A DNA stretch of 61,970 nucleotides, counting the filler, from Myxococcota bacterium (lineage in GTDB: Bacteria; Myxococcota; Myxococcia; Myxococcales; Myxococcaceae), in the NCBI GenBank assembly GCA_049322255.1. It is 4 parts of 4 records of this genome, joined end to end, with 100 filler letters (N's around TTAATTAATTAA, not from the genome) between each part and the next. Parts side by side here need not be neighbours in the genome. Positions count along the whole stretch, not along the records: positions 15,696 to 31,272 come from JBMORE010000099.1; positions 31,373 to 46,854 come from JBMORE010000100.1; 2 more parts are not named here. One strand, given 5' to 3'. Shown one piece after another: positions 25,828 to 36,131 of this stretch. How positions within the stretch are numbered: position 1 is the first letter of the stretch; every line of letters begins with the position of its first letter. Below the pieces are notes generated by a model that ran no database searches, was not told the origin of the DNA, and saw nothing but the letters and a program-made list of their open reading frames with translations. A program made the translations under genes and the position numbers.

Positions 25828-26298
25828 ATGAGCGGCCCGAGCAGCGTCGCCCGCGCGTTCAGCAGCTTCACCGTGCGCATCGAGATGACCAAGTACAGTT
25901 GGTCGGATGACGCGGAGGCCGACGCCCGGGCCCACGAAGAGGAAGAGCAACGCCTGGCGCCGTTTCTCGGACGGGTGGGAAAAGAGGTGCAGCTCGAGCT
26001 CGAACGAGCTTGCCGCGAGCTGAGCCGCTTCGAGCTCGTTGCTCACTCCGAGAAGCTGTTTCAGTTCGCCCTCGAGTACGGCCCCCATCCGCGCGACCAC
26101 CCCCAACGGAAGAACAACCCGTGCAGGGTTCTCTTTCGCCTCCCGGTGACGTTCCAAGGCGACGAAGTGCTGGTCTTCATCGACGTCGCCCTGGCGCGGA
26201 TGCCGGAGGTGAAGGACCTCGAGTCTTTGGCCGAACAGTTCTCCCAGGGCGTGGGCCGTGCTCGCCAACGAGCTTACGGGTCGTACGGGTCGCCGTAG
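25828..26298 (+). CDS. Hypothetical protein
   Basis: Host-like codon usage; start uncertain (25828 or 25885); overlaps the convergent protease gene by 25 nt. Confidence 0.55.
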   Translation: MSGPSSVARAFSSFTVRIEMTKYSWSDDAEADARAHEEEEQRLAPFLGRVGKEVQLELERACRELSRFELVAHSEKLFQFALEYGPHPRDHPQRKNNPCRVLFRLPVTFQGDEVLVFIDVALARMPEVKDLESLAEQFSQGVGRARQRAYGSYGSP

Positions 26299-29200
26299 CT
26301 CATCAAGGGCGCCAGGTCGGCCATCACCTTCACCAAGTCGAGGGCGGAGAGCAGCTCATAGGTGGCCACCGCCTTGGGCACGTTCTGCGAAGGCAGGCAG
26401 TCGTCCGCCGGGGTGGAGGTGGTGGCGGCCGCATCGCAGTAGCTGGAGCGCGCCAACAGCCGGTTGGCGCGGTCGAGGAGCGCCTTGGCTCCCCCGCTGT
26501 TCTTGGTGCTCGCCAGCGCGCCGTACGTCAGCCCGGTGAGCGGGTCGCGGAAGGTGACCACTTCGCCCGCGGGCAGCTGCGGAGAGCTGCCGGTGCCCAC
26601 GACGAACACCCGCGATTCGTCGCGGAAGCTCTGGTCGAAGTTGTCGAAGAAGCGCGCCTGCCCCAGCACCTGCCAGTACAGCTGCACGCTGAAGGTGGCA
26701 GCGGGGTCGATAGGCGCGGCGTTCACCGTGTCGAGCGCGCCGGCGAAGTTGGGGAAGCGCACCTGGCCGCCCTGCACGTACGGCCCCACCTTGGAGTAGT
26801 CGCCGGAGAGGATGGCTTGGTTGAGCTTGGCAATCTGCGGGGCGAAGGTCGTGTAGTAGCTCACCTCCCACTCGCGCACGTCCTTGGGGCTGGCGCGGGC
26901 GACGAAGTTGGTCTCGGAGTCGGAGAGCGCCTCGATGGCCATTACCTTGTCCAGGTAAAAGCCGATGTGGTGGAGGCACTCCCACCACATGTAGCCGCAG
27001 CTGCGCTCGCCGTCGTACCAGCTGGTGGAGTAGTAGCGGCCGTTGGTGACGCCCACGTTCATCACCGGGAAGCCCACTCCGCTCTGCATCAGCACCGAGC
27101 CGTCCGCCTGCACGGTGGGCGCCGAGTAGCCGCCCACGTCGGGCATCAACACCGTCTTCACCAGGTAGTTGAAGGCGTTCTGCACCGACCAGGTCTTGTC
27201 TCCCCAGCCCTGCACCGGGTCGGAGAGGAAGGCCTGCATCTGCGCGGGGGTGTAGAACTGGGGCAGAAGCTCGTTGTACAGGCCGTAGAGGTCGTGCCAG
27301 CCCTTGAGCCGGTCGTAGATGCGGCCGTACCAGCTGGAGACGTAGTTGTAGTGGTCGACCCCAATCTTCCCGCGGGGGAAGTTCCGCTGGATGTACCAGG
27401 TGTCGAGCTCGTCGAGGATGTTCTTCATCCGCTCGTGCGGGTCGGCGCCGAAGTCGCGGGTGAGGCAGTGGTCGGAGAGGTTCGCCCGGTTGTGCGAGCA
27501 GTAGATGTACGGCACTCGCGCCAGCGCCTCGCCGTTGACGTCGACGGTGGCGAAGTCCTCGCTCGCCTGTCCTACGTCGACCAGCACCCGGTTGTCCGCG
27601 GCGTACAGCTTCTGCCGCATCTGGTTGTAGAGGGTGGTGTAGTGAATCGACCGCGGGCCGACGGTGTAGAAGTAGAGCAGCTCACCGTCGCGCTCATGCC
27701 AGTCGCGCAGCCAGTCGGTGGGCACCCCCGCGGTATCGCGGAACGCCTCCACCTTCCCCGCGTAGCCGAAGAGGATGGCCGCCCGGTCGTACTTGCCGAT
27801 GCCCATCCCGTCGATGGTGTAGCGGCCAGCGTAGTCCATGATGGAGCTGTAGGCGTAGTCATAGATGCGCCCGTCGAGCTCTCGGGTGGTGAGAGGGTCG
27901 ACCAGCCGCGGGCCCACGTTGCCGTCGTCGCGCAGCGTCCAGTAACCGTCGTGGTAGTTGATGGCGTCGTCCGAGCCGCCGAAGTTGTGCATCAATCCCA
28001 GCGTGTGCCCCACCTCGTGCGCCAGCACCGCGGTGTAGATGCTCTTGCGCACCGTCTCGTAGACCTTCGCCGGGTCCTGCCCTTTGAGCTCCTTGGCCAG
28101 GCCCATCAGCGCGTCGTCGGCCATCTCCACCGTGTAGTAGTTGCGTGCCTCGGCGAACGCGTCACGCATGCGCGCCTGCTGCTTGAGCGCCTGGGCCAGC
28201 CCGCCGCGCGCCACGCTCGCCTTCGCCTTCACCTCGTCGGTCACCGGGAGGCCCGGGGTGTGCCCGGCGGCGAGCAGCACCTCCTTGTCGAGGAGCAAAT
28301 CCTCCACGTACGTCCCTGTGAGCGCGGCCAGCCGCCCTTTGGAGGCGCGCGCCTGCCCGTTGGCGATGCCGCGCTGGTAAAGCGCTTCGAGGTAGGGCGC
28401 CAGAAAGACGTCCACTCCCTCGAGCCGCTGCAGCTCTTCGTCGGCGGCGGTCAGCGTGTGCCGCTGCGTCTCCCAGTACGCCGAAGCAGGGCCGTGGGAA
28501 ATTTGCGCCACCATCTCCTTGGCGTCTTCGAGCGAGTAGGTGGACTCGGCTCGTTGCTTGCTACCGCCGGCCAGGCTTGCCCATTCGGTCAAGTCGACGC
28601 CGTCGATGAACTCGGTCGGGTCCTTGGTGCCGTTGAGCAGCTCGACCATCTCCTGCACGTTGTACGCAGCGGTGTTGTTGTGGTGGTACACGTAAGCCAT
28701 CCCCGAGAGCAGCTCGCCCGTCTCCGGGTCGATGTTCGAGGGGCCGTAGCCGAGCAGCCCGTAGCTCATGTACTTGGGCACGTAGGCCATGAAGGAGTAG
28801 CGAAGGTCGCCCAGCCGTGGCGAAAGCCCCGCCGGGCCGCACTGTGCCGGGTCGCTCTCGAGCACCGGGTTGTTGGGGCAGGCGACGAACACCGGCCCCT
28901 TGGGCTCGTGGCCCAGCGCGCGCACCGCCTGGGTGAAGGCCTCGTTCCACTGCCGGCCTACCTCCACCACCACCGGCTTGAGCCAGTCGGGCAGGTCGCG
29001 GTTGACGTGGTAGACGAGCGGCCGAAGCTCCCGCTGCGCGAAAGGAATGGGGTTGCCCGCCTCGTCCCTCCAGCGTTTCCACAGGTTGTGGCGGTTCAAG
29101 TAGCGCTCTTTGCCCTGCTCGCGCACGCCCGTCTTGGGGTCGTAGACCGTGCGGGTGGTGGCGAAGAAGCCGAACACCTCGGTGGCCTTGCCTTTGTAAG

Positions 29201-29969
29201 GCAGCGGCTCGTACTGATGCTGGGGGTCGATTTTGAGGAAGCTGTTGCGAATGGAATATTCGCCCGCGCCGCACTCCTTGAATTCGCTGCCGCGCAGCCA
29301 GCACAAGGGCACGGTGCCGTAACCCGGCAGCTCGATGCTGCCTGCGCGCGCGAACAGCTTGTTGGTGACGTCGAAGTAGCTGCCGTCGGCCTCGAAGTAG
29401 GGCGCGTCGGGGTGGCGCTGGCCGGTGGAGGGGTCGATTTCCTGCACGTAGTAGGGCACCGGCTCCACCGAGGCGCGCTCGAAGTCGAGCTCGTAGTTGT
29501 GCACCAGGTTCTGCGACCAGTCGATGCGCACGTAGGCGCGCTCGTGCCAGGGACGGTCGGTGACGTTCTCCTGGACGACGTTGAGCTTCTCGCCGGTGGT
29601 GGGGTTGTAGGCGTTGACGATGTCGAAGTGCCGCTCGACGCGGAAGGCCGCCACCACTTCACCCATGTACCGGTCGCCCTGCTGCTCCTTCAAGTCGGCG
29701 CCCTTGATGAGCTCGGTGGTGCGCCGCGCGTAGAGCACGCTCTCTTGCAGGTCCCACTGGATGCGCGAAACCCCGCCCAGGTCGGTCTGCCCCACCGGGG
29801 TGAAGCCGTCGGAGCCCGGCATGTCCACCACCGTGCGCTGGTAGTACCACTGGCCGGTGAAGAAGGACTTGGGGAGGGCGTTGGGCTGCACCTGGTTGAT
29901 GGGCGGGCGCTCCTGGGCGCAAGCGGCGGCGAAGAGCGCGCAGGCGATGGCGGGGATGAGGCGATTCAT
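26274..29969 (-). CDS. Large zinc-dependent metalloprotease lipoprotein (metzincin, DUF4953/EcxA-like), 1231 aa
   Basis: ATG 29969 with GGAGG RBS, lipobox FAAAC; LLGYGPSNIDPETGE; HEVGHTLGLMHNF zinc motif; Met-turn SSIMDY; GKYDRAAILFGY. Confidence 0.88.
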   Translation of the reverse strand: MNRLIPAIACALFAAACAQERPPINQVQPNALPKSFFTGQWYYQRTVVDMPGSDGFTPVGQTDLGGVSRIQWDLQESVLYARRTTELIKGADLKEQQGDRYMGEVVAAFRVERHFDIVNAYNPTTGEKLNVVQENVTDRPWHERAYVRIDWSQNLVHNYELDFERASVEPVPYYVQEIDPSTGQRHPDAPYFEADGSYFDVTNKLFARAGSIELPGYGTVPLCWLRGSEFKECGAGEYSIRNSFLKIDPQHQYEPLPYKGKATEVFGFFATTRTVYDPKTGVREQGKERYLNRHNLWKRWRDEAGNPIPFAQRELRPLVYHVNRDLPDWLKPVVVEVGRQWNEAFTQAVRALGHEPKGPVFVACPNNPVLESDPAQCGPAGLSPRLGDLRYSFMAYVPKYMSYGLLGYGPSNIDPETGELLSGMAYVYHHNNTAAYNVQEMVELLNGTKDPTEFIDGVDLTEWASLAGGSKQRAESTYSLEDAKEMVAQISHGPASAYWETQRHTLTAADEELQRLEGVDVFLAPYLEALYQRGIANGQARASKGRLAALTGTYVEDLLLDKEVLLAAGHTPGLPVTDEVKAKASVARGGLAQALKQQARMRDAFAEARNYYTVEMADDALMGLAKELKGQDPAKVYETVRKSIYTAVLAHEVGHTLGLMHNFGGSDDAINYHDGYWTLRDDGNVGPRLVDPLTTRELDGRIYDYAYSSIMDYAGRYTIDGMGIGKYDRAAILFGYAGKVEAFRDTAGVPTDWLRDWHERDGELLYFYTVGPRSIHYTTLYNQMRQKLYAADNRVLVDVGQASEDFATVDVNGEALARVPYIYCSHNRANLSDHCLTRDFGADPHERMKNILDELDTWYIQRNFPRGKIGVDHYNYVSSWYGRIYDRLKGWHDLYGLYNELLPQFYTPAQMQAFLSDPVQGWGDKTWSVQNAFNYLVKTVLMPDVGGYSAPTVQADGSVLMQSGVGFPVMNVGVTNGRYYSTSWYDGERSCGYMWWECLHHIGFYLDKVMAIEALSDSETNFVARASPKDVREWEVSYYTTFAPQIAKLNQAILSGDYSKVGPYVQGGQVRFPNFAGALDTVNAAPIDPAATFSVQLYWQVLGQARFFDNFDQSFRDESRVFVVGTGSSPQLPAGEVVTFRDPLTGLTYGALASTKNSGGAKALLDRANRLLARSSYCDAAATTSTPADDCLPSQNVPKAVATYELLSALDLVKVMADLAPLMSYGDPYDP

Positions 29970-30934
29970 GTGGTGGACCCTCCTTGGAGCTGGGCGGAAA
30001 GCCCCGCCGGGTCGAAGCGGAGCTCGAGGAACAGCGTGGTGTAACGGTTGAAGAAAAGGCCGTAGCGGCTGGAGTCTGGCGCCAGCTGCGGGTTGACGGT
30101 GCTCGCCCCCAGTCCCACCGAGAGCGAAGGCATGGGAGTGAAGGTGGCTTCCAGTGCGAAGATGTTGGTGAAGAGCGCGTCGGTGGGCTCTTGCGGAACC
30201 AAGCTCACCCGCGGGTCGGTGGCCGCCGGGTAGAGGTGCGCCACCTGCACGCCCACCGCGGCGGAGAGGGACAGCCAGGAGAGAAGCTGCACCCCGCCGT
30301 CCAGGGTGTGGCCGTGGGAGAAGGGGGCGTTGCGGCCGCCGGTGTTCAAAAAGCGCTCGCACTCCACCGAGCCGGGGGCGCAGCCCACGATGAGCGGGCT
30401 GATCCGCTCCCCGGTGGTGAAGCGGTGGAAGTGCAAGGAGGGAGAGAAGCTGTAGCGCACGCTCGCTCCGCCGCGGAAGGCGAAGGCCCGGGCGACGCGA
30501 AAGGAGGGCTCGAGGCCTAAGACCAGGGTGTCGGCGCGCGAGGCCAGACTGGTGGGGAGCCGCAAAGAAACGTCCCCCGAAAGCTGGAGCTCGGCCCTGG
30601 GCACGGTGTACGCGCGGTCGAGTCCCGCTCCCAACACCACATCGCCCAAGAGCAGCTCGCCCGACCGGGTGGTGATGTTCGACTCGGTGAGCTCGCGGGA
30701 GAGGTCGACGCGGCCTTTGGCGAAGAAGCGCTCGGAGAACCACCAGCGTCCGTCGAGCCCCAAGGTGAGGGCGTCGTAGGGGTCGTAGGTGAGCTGCGCG
30801 CCCCGGTCGAAGGACACGGTGCTCACCGCATTGCGCAAGGAGACCCGCGAGCCGCGGTAGGGAGCCTGGGGGCCTTCTTCAGCGGCCTGGGCGGCGAGGG
30901 CGACAAGAACGGCGAAGGTAAGCGCAAGGCGCAT
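29966..30934 (-). CDS. Putative outer-membrane beta-barrel protein
   Basis: Sec signal MRLALTFAVLVALAAQA; many alternating amphipathic strands; one Cys pair in a loop; ATGA overlap with the protease gene. Confidence 0.65.
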   Translation of the reverse strand: MRLALTFAVLVALAAQAAEEGPQAPYRGSRVSLRNAVSTVSFDRGAQLTYDPYDALTLGLDGRWWFSERFFAKGRVDLSRELTESNITTRSGELLLGDVVLGAGLDRAYTVPRAELQLSGDVSLRLPTSLASRADTLVLGLEPSFRVARAFAFRGGASVRYSFSPSLHFHRFTTGERISPLIVGCAPGSVECERFLNTGGRNAPFSHGHTLDGGVQLLSWLSLSAAVGVQVAHLYPAATDPRVSLVPQEPTDALFTNIFALEATFTPMPSLSVGLGASTVNPQLAPDSSRYGLFFNRYTTLFLELRFDPAGLSAQLQGGSTT

Positions 30935-31272
30935 GGCGGCGGCGCGTGTAGCACAGGTCACGCCACCCGATGTTCGTCTGTTGTTTCAGTGGATTACGCG
31001 TAGAGCCCTTTGGCTACCGCGACGCCGGAGGCTGGGGTGAGCGTTTCCTAACGGGCTTGCCTGGCTAGAGTGGCTCGCTCAGAACGCGGCGGTCCCAACC
31101 AACGCGGCGCTTTCCCACAGGCCGTCGCCCCGACGCCATGAAGGCGGCCAGGTGTCCCATCTCGTTCGGGTGGGGAATCGTCGGTCGTTTCGAATACAGG
31201 ATGGGCTCCCGCTGGCGGCTGGCCGCCGCTCTTCCGCATCGCCATGCGTGACACTCGAGATTCACGCGCTAG

Positions 31273-31372
31273 NNNNNNNNNNNNNNNNNNNNNNNNNNNN
31301 NNNNNNNNNNNNNNNNTTAATTAATTAANNNNNNNNNNNNNNNNNNNNNNNNNNNNNNNNNNNNNNNNNNNN
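31273..31372. other. Artificial contig-join spacer
   Basis: N44-TTAATTAATTAA-N44. Confidence 0.97.
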
Positions 31373-31451
31373 CATTTTCAAATGCATAGCAACTGCGATG
31401 CGTGCAGGCAAGATCTCGAGTTGGTGTGAGACCGGCCGGCCCAGCGCGTTC

Positions 31452-31709
31452 CTACTCGTCCTTCTTCGGGTCGTCCCCCGGGGTGGGAACCGACCACAAG
31501 TCGGCGGACGAGGGGAGTACCTCGCCGTCTTTGGGCTGAAGGTCGACCGGGGGGCGATTCTTGATGCCAGCGAACTCGTCGTGAACAAACTCGATTTCTG
31601 GCTTTTGCGGTTCCGGCTCGGCGTCCTCCCACGACTCGGCCTCGGGGTCATGCTCCTCGTCCTCCAAGGGCCAATCGTCGGGACTGTCGTCTTCGACATC
31701 GGGTGCCAC
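31452..31709 (-). CDS. Small, highly acidic hypothetical protein
   Basis: GGAGG-N5-GTG start; D/E/P/W-rich 85 aa; TGCTATTCT extended -10-like element upstream. Confidence 0.5.
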   Translation of the reverse strand: MAPDVEDDSPDDWPLEDEEHDPEAESWEDAEPEPQKPEIEFVHDEFAGIKNRPPVDLQPKDGEVLPSSADLWSVPTPGDDPKKDE

Positions 31710-31817
31710 TGATTCCTCCAAGGCGCCGAATGCTCCTGAAAGAATAGCAGGCCAGAGAGAAGGAGGGCATCGCGCCCTCGCGCCAGGCAGACGCAGCGGT
31801 TATGAAGTCGAGGGAAA

Positions 31818-32606
31818 ATGCTCCCCTACATCGAGACACCCTCCATTCAGCTCTTCGGCGACCTGAAGCTCGAGGCCTTCGGAGTGCTCTCCACGCTCGG
31901 CGTGGTGGTCGGCGCCTTGCTCGCCGCCCGCGCCGCCCGCAGGTACGGCCCCGGAGACGATGGCCCGCTGCGCGATGTGGTCACCTGGGCAGTCGGCGGA
32001 GGCCTGCTCGGCGGACACCTGCTTCACCTGCTCGCCTACCACCCCGAGGAGCTCCAGCGAGGAGGCCTGCTTCAGCTGCTCAAGTTTTGGGACGGGCTCT
32101 CGTCCATGGGCGGCGTCTTGGGCGCTCTGGTGGGCATCTTCCTCTTCTTCCGCCAGCGCAAGCTGGCCGTGCGGCCCTACCTCGATGCGCTGGCGTTGGG
32201 CACCGCTCCCGGCTGGGCGATCGCCCGGGTGGGCTGCTTCTTCGCCCACGACCACCCCGGAGTGCGCACCGACTTCTTCCTCGCGGTGGCCTACCCGGGC
32301 GGAGCGCGCCACGACTTGGGCCTCTACGACGCCTTCGTGCTCGCCGCGCTCGCCGCCGTTCTCTACCTCGTCGCGCGTTTGCGGCCGCCGCAAGGAGCGC
32401 TGATGGGCATCCTCGCGGTGGGCTACTCGCTGCCGCGCTTCTTCCTCGACTTCTTGCGCGCCTCCGACCTGTCCTACGTCGACAAGCGCTTCTTCGGCCT
32501 CACCCCGGCGCAGTACATCGTGCTGGCGCTGTTCGCCGTGGGCGCATGGTTGCTTTGGGGGGCGTTTTCACCTAAAAGCCCGCGCCCTCTGCAGGCGGGA
32601 GCGTAG
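31818..32606 (+). CDS. lgt: Prolipoprotein diacylglyceryl transferase family protein
   Basis: WDGLSSMGG, YLDALALG, ARVGCFFAHDHPG, RHDLGLY, RFFLDFLR, GLTPAQY. Confidence 0.85.
   Translation: MLPYIETPSIQLFGDLKLEAFGVLSTLGVVVGALLAARAARRYGPGDDGPLRDVVTWAVGGGLLGGHLLHLLAYHPEELQRGGLLQLLKFWDGLSSMGGVLGALVGIFLFFRQRKLAVRPYLDALALGTAPGWAIARVGCFFAHDHPGVRTDFFLAVAYPGGARHDLGLYDAFVLAALAAVLYLVARLRPPQGALMGILAVGYSLPRFFLDFLRASDLSYVDKRFFGLTPAQYIVLALFAVGAWLLWGAFSPKSPRPLQAGA
32550..32578 (+). promoter_or_regulatory. Putative sigma70 promoter for the tRNA/tig operon, inside lgt
   Basis: TTGCTT-N17-TAAAAG followed by a GC-rich discriminator (CCCGCGCCC), 18 nt upstream of tRNA-Lys. Confidence 0.5.
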
Positions 32607-32669
32607 CTCAATTGGCAGAGCAATGGACTCTTAATCCATAGGTTGAAGGTTCGATTCCTTCCGCTCTCA
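32597..32669 (+). tRNA. tRNA-Lys (CTT)
   Basis: Acceptor stem GGGAGCG/CGCTCTC, D-arm TAGCTCAATTGGCAGAGC, anticodon arm ATGGA-CTCTTAA-TCCAT, GTTCGATTC; CCA not encoded. Confidence 0.95.
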
Positions 32670-32671
32670 TC

Positions 32672-32702
32672 AAGGCCGGCGCTCCGAAAGGGTGTCGGCC
32701 TT
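32672..32702 (+). terminator. Stable hairpin between the tRNAs (terminator or processing stem)
   Basis: AAGGCCGGCGCTC-CGAAA-GGGTGTCGGCCTT followed by a T-rich tract. Confidence 0.5.
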
Positions 32703-32729
32703 CGTCCTTTTCGATAGCGTTTTTTCCCC

Positions 32730-32811
32730 GGGCGGGTGGCGGAATTGGTAGACGCGCCAGACTTAGGATCTGGTACCGCAAGGTGTGAGGGTTCGAGTCC
32801 CTCCCCGCCCA
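32730..32811 (+). tRNA. tRNA-Leu (TAG)
   Basis: Acceptor stem GGGCGGG/CCCGCCC, GGCGGAATTGGTAGACGC, anticodon arm CCAGA-CTTAGGA-TCTGG, long variable arm, GTTCGAGTCC. Confidence 0.95.
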
Positions 32812-32830
32812 ACGAAAGAAGCGAGGAAGC

Positions 32831-34117
32831 ATGAAGGTCCGTGTCGAAGAGCTCTCTCCCATCGAGCGGAAGCTCTCCATCGAAGTCGAGCCGGCCAGCG
32901 TGGCCAAGGAGCTCGATCGCGCCTACAGCGCGCTCTCCCGCCAGGTGAAGATCGCCGGCTTTCGCCCCGGCAAGGTGCCCCGGCGCATTCTCGAGCAACG
33001 CTTCAAGGAACAGGTGGAGGACGACGTCATTCACCGGGTGGTGGAGCGTGCCTACCTGGAGGCGATTCGTGAGCACCAGGTCGAGGCGGTGGGCTCGCCC
33101 CAGGTGAGCGGCGCCCGGCTCGAGCTGGAGAAGCCCTTCGCCTTCGAGGCCCGGGTCGAAGTGCGCCCGAAGGTCGAAGCCAAGGACTACAAAGGTCTCA
33201 CGCTCACCTCGCGCGACGTCTCGGTGAAAGACGCCGAGGTCGAAGAACGAATCGAGCAGATGCGCAAGTCCTTAAGCCGCCTCGAGCCGGTGGCGGGCCG
33301 CGACATCACTTCGTTGGGTGACTTCGCCGTCGTCGACTATCAGGCGACCCTCGAGGGAAAGGATTTTCCCGGGGGCAAGGCCGAAGGGGTGACGATGGAG
33401 GTGACACCCGGCGAGCTGGTGGAGTCGAACGTCGCCGCCTTGGCAGGGGTACGGGTCGGCGGGTCGAAGGAGATCGACTACGCCTTCCCCCCCGACTACC
33501 GCGTGGAGGAGTTGCGGGGGAAGACGGCGCGCTTCCACTTCACGGTGAAGGAGCTCAAGAAGAAGGTCGAGCCCGCGCTCGATGACGAGCTCGCCCAGAA
33601 CGTGGGAGCGGGAGTCGAGACCCTCGACGAGCTACGTGCCAAAGTGAAGAGCGACCTTAAGCGCTCACTGGAGCACAAGGCCAAAAACGACGCGCGCGAC
33701 GAGCTGTTCCAAAAGCTCATCGAGAAGAATCCGTTCGAGGTGCCTAAGGCGATGGTCGAGCAGGCGACGGACCTGATGCTCGAAGGGGCCTTGCGGGCGA
33801 TTGCCCGTGGCGGCATCGACCCGCGCCGCCTGGGGCTGGACTTGGAGAGGCTCCGCGAGGAGGTGCGCCCCAAGGCCGAGCGGGAGGTGAAGGGGGCCTT
33901 GCTCGCCGAGTCGGTCGCCGACAAGGAGGGCATTTCGGCAACCGACGAGGACTTCGAGAAGAAACTCGAGGCTTTGTCCCAGGAGGGTAACCAAGCGCTC
34001 TCCACGGTGCGCAAGCACTTCAAAGACCCCGATCAGAAGAGAAGTCTGCTGTCGCGCATCCGCGAGGAAAAGACGATTGAATTCCTCGAGGGGCAAGCTA
34101 CCTATTCCAAGGCCTAA
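32831..34117 (+). CDS. tig: Trigger factor
   Basis: [10 protein letters not shown] ribosome-binding loop, FKBP-like domain, tRNA-Leu-tig-clpP-clpX synteny. Confidence 0.95.
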   Translation: MKVRVEELSPIERKLSIEVEPASVAKELDRAYSALSRQVKIAGFRPGKVPRRILEQRFKEQVEDDVIHRVVERAYLEAIREHQVEAVGSPQVSGARLELEKPFAFEARVEVRPKVEAKDYKGLTLTSRDVSVKDAEVEERIEQMRKSLSRLEPVAGRDITSLGDFAVVDYQATLEGKDFPGGKAEGVTMEVTPGELVESNVAALAGVRVGGSKEIDYAFPPDYRVEELRGKTARFHFTVKELKKKVEPALDDELAQNVGAGVETLDELRAKVKSDLKRSLEHKAKNDARDELFQKLIEKNPFEVPKAMVEQATDLMLEGALRAIARGGIDPRRLGLDLERLREEVRPKAEREVKGALLAESVADKEGISATDEDFEKKLEALSQEGNQALSTVRKHFKDPDQKRSLLSRIREEKTIEFLEGQATYSKA

Positions 34118-34131
34118 CTTCGGAGCTCCTC

Positions 34132-34746
34132 ATGCCCTACATGCCAGTTCCCTACGTCGTCGAGCAGACCCACCGCGGCGAGCGCTCGTACGACATCTAC
34201 AGCCGGCTGCTCAAAGACCGCATCGTGATGCTCGGCACCGAGATCGACGACGACGTGGCCAACATCATCGTGGCACAGCTGCTCTTCCTCGAATCGGAGG
34301 ACCCGGACAAGGACATCAACCTCTACATCAATTCGCCGGGCGGCTCGGTGACCGCGGGGTTGGCCATCTACGACACCATGCAGTACGTGAAGCCGTCGGT
34401 GTCGACCATCTGTGTGGGACAGGCGGCCTCGATGGGGGCGGTGCTCCTCCTCGCCGGCGCCCGGGGCAAGCGCTACGCCCTGCCCAACGCCCGCATCATG
34501 ATTCACCAGCCGCTGGGCGGGGCGCGGGGCCAAGCCAGCGACATCGAGATTCACGCCAAAGAAATCTTGCGCATGCGCTCCCGGCTCAACGAGCTCATCG
34601 TCAAGCACACCGGCCAGGCGCTCGAGCGGGTGGAGAAGGACACCGAGCGGGATTACTTCATGGGTTCTCCCGACGCGAAGCAGTACGGGATCATCGACGA
34701 GGTGGTGGTGCAGAAGAAGTCGGCGCCCAAGGAAGAGAAGAGGTAG
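34132..34746 (+). CDS. clpP: ATP-dependent Clp protease proteolytic subunit
   Basis: [41 protein letters not shown]. Confidence 0.97.
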   Translation: MPYMPVPYVVEQTHRGERSYDIYSRLLKDRIVMLGTEIDDDVANIIVAQLLFLESEDPDKDINLYINSPGGSVTAGLAIYDTMQYVKPSVSTICVGQAASMGAVLLLAGARGKRYALPNARIMIHQPLGGARGQASDIEIHAKEILRMRSRLNELIVKHTGQALERVEKDTERDYFMGSPDAKQYGIIDEVVVQKKSAPKEEKR

Positions 34747-34820
34747 GCAAGCGGGTCGCTGTTCAGTGGCGGGCAGCAGATTGGACGGCCCTCACTGCAG
34801 CTGACTAGATTTGGATCGTC

Positions 34821-36095
<1,275 letters not shown>

Positions 36096-36131
36096 GGTAG
36101 GCTCCCAACGCGGTTTTTCCTGGGGGTCTTG

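Noticed and set aside
26010..30044. 1344-aa plus-strand ORF
   Set aside because: Antisense shadow of the metalloprotease gene; V/G/H/R-rich with no motifs, typical of high-GC genomes.
26274..30743. 1489-aa version of the metalloprotease in the ORF track
   Set aside because: The upstream 258 codons overlap the barrel gene in another frame; the RBS and lipobox place the start at 29969.
30962..31272. Possible ncRNA or small ORFs at the end of contig 2
   Set aside because: No recognisable riboswitch, RNA family motif or convincing coding signal; truncated by the contig end.
32474..33076. Minus-strand ORFs across the tRNA region
   Set aside because: Antisense to two well-formed tRNAs and tig.
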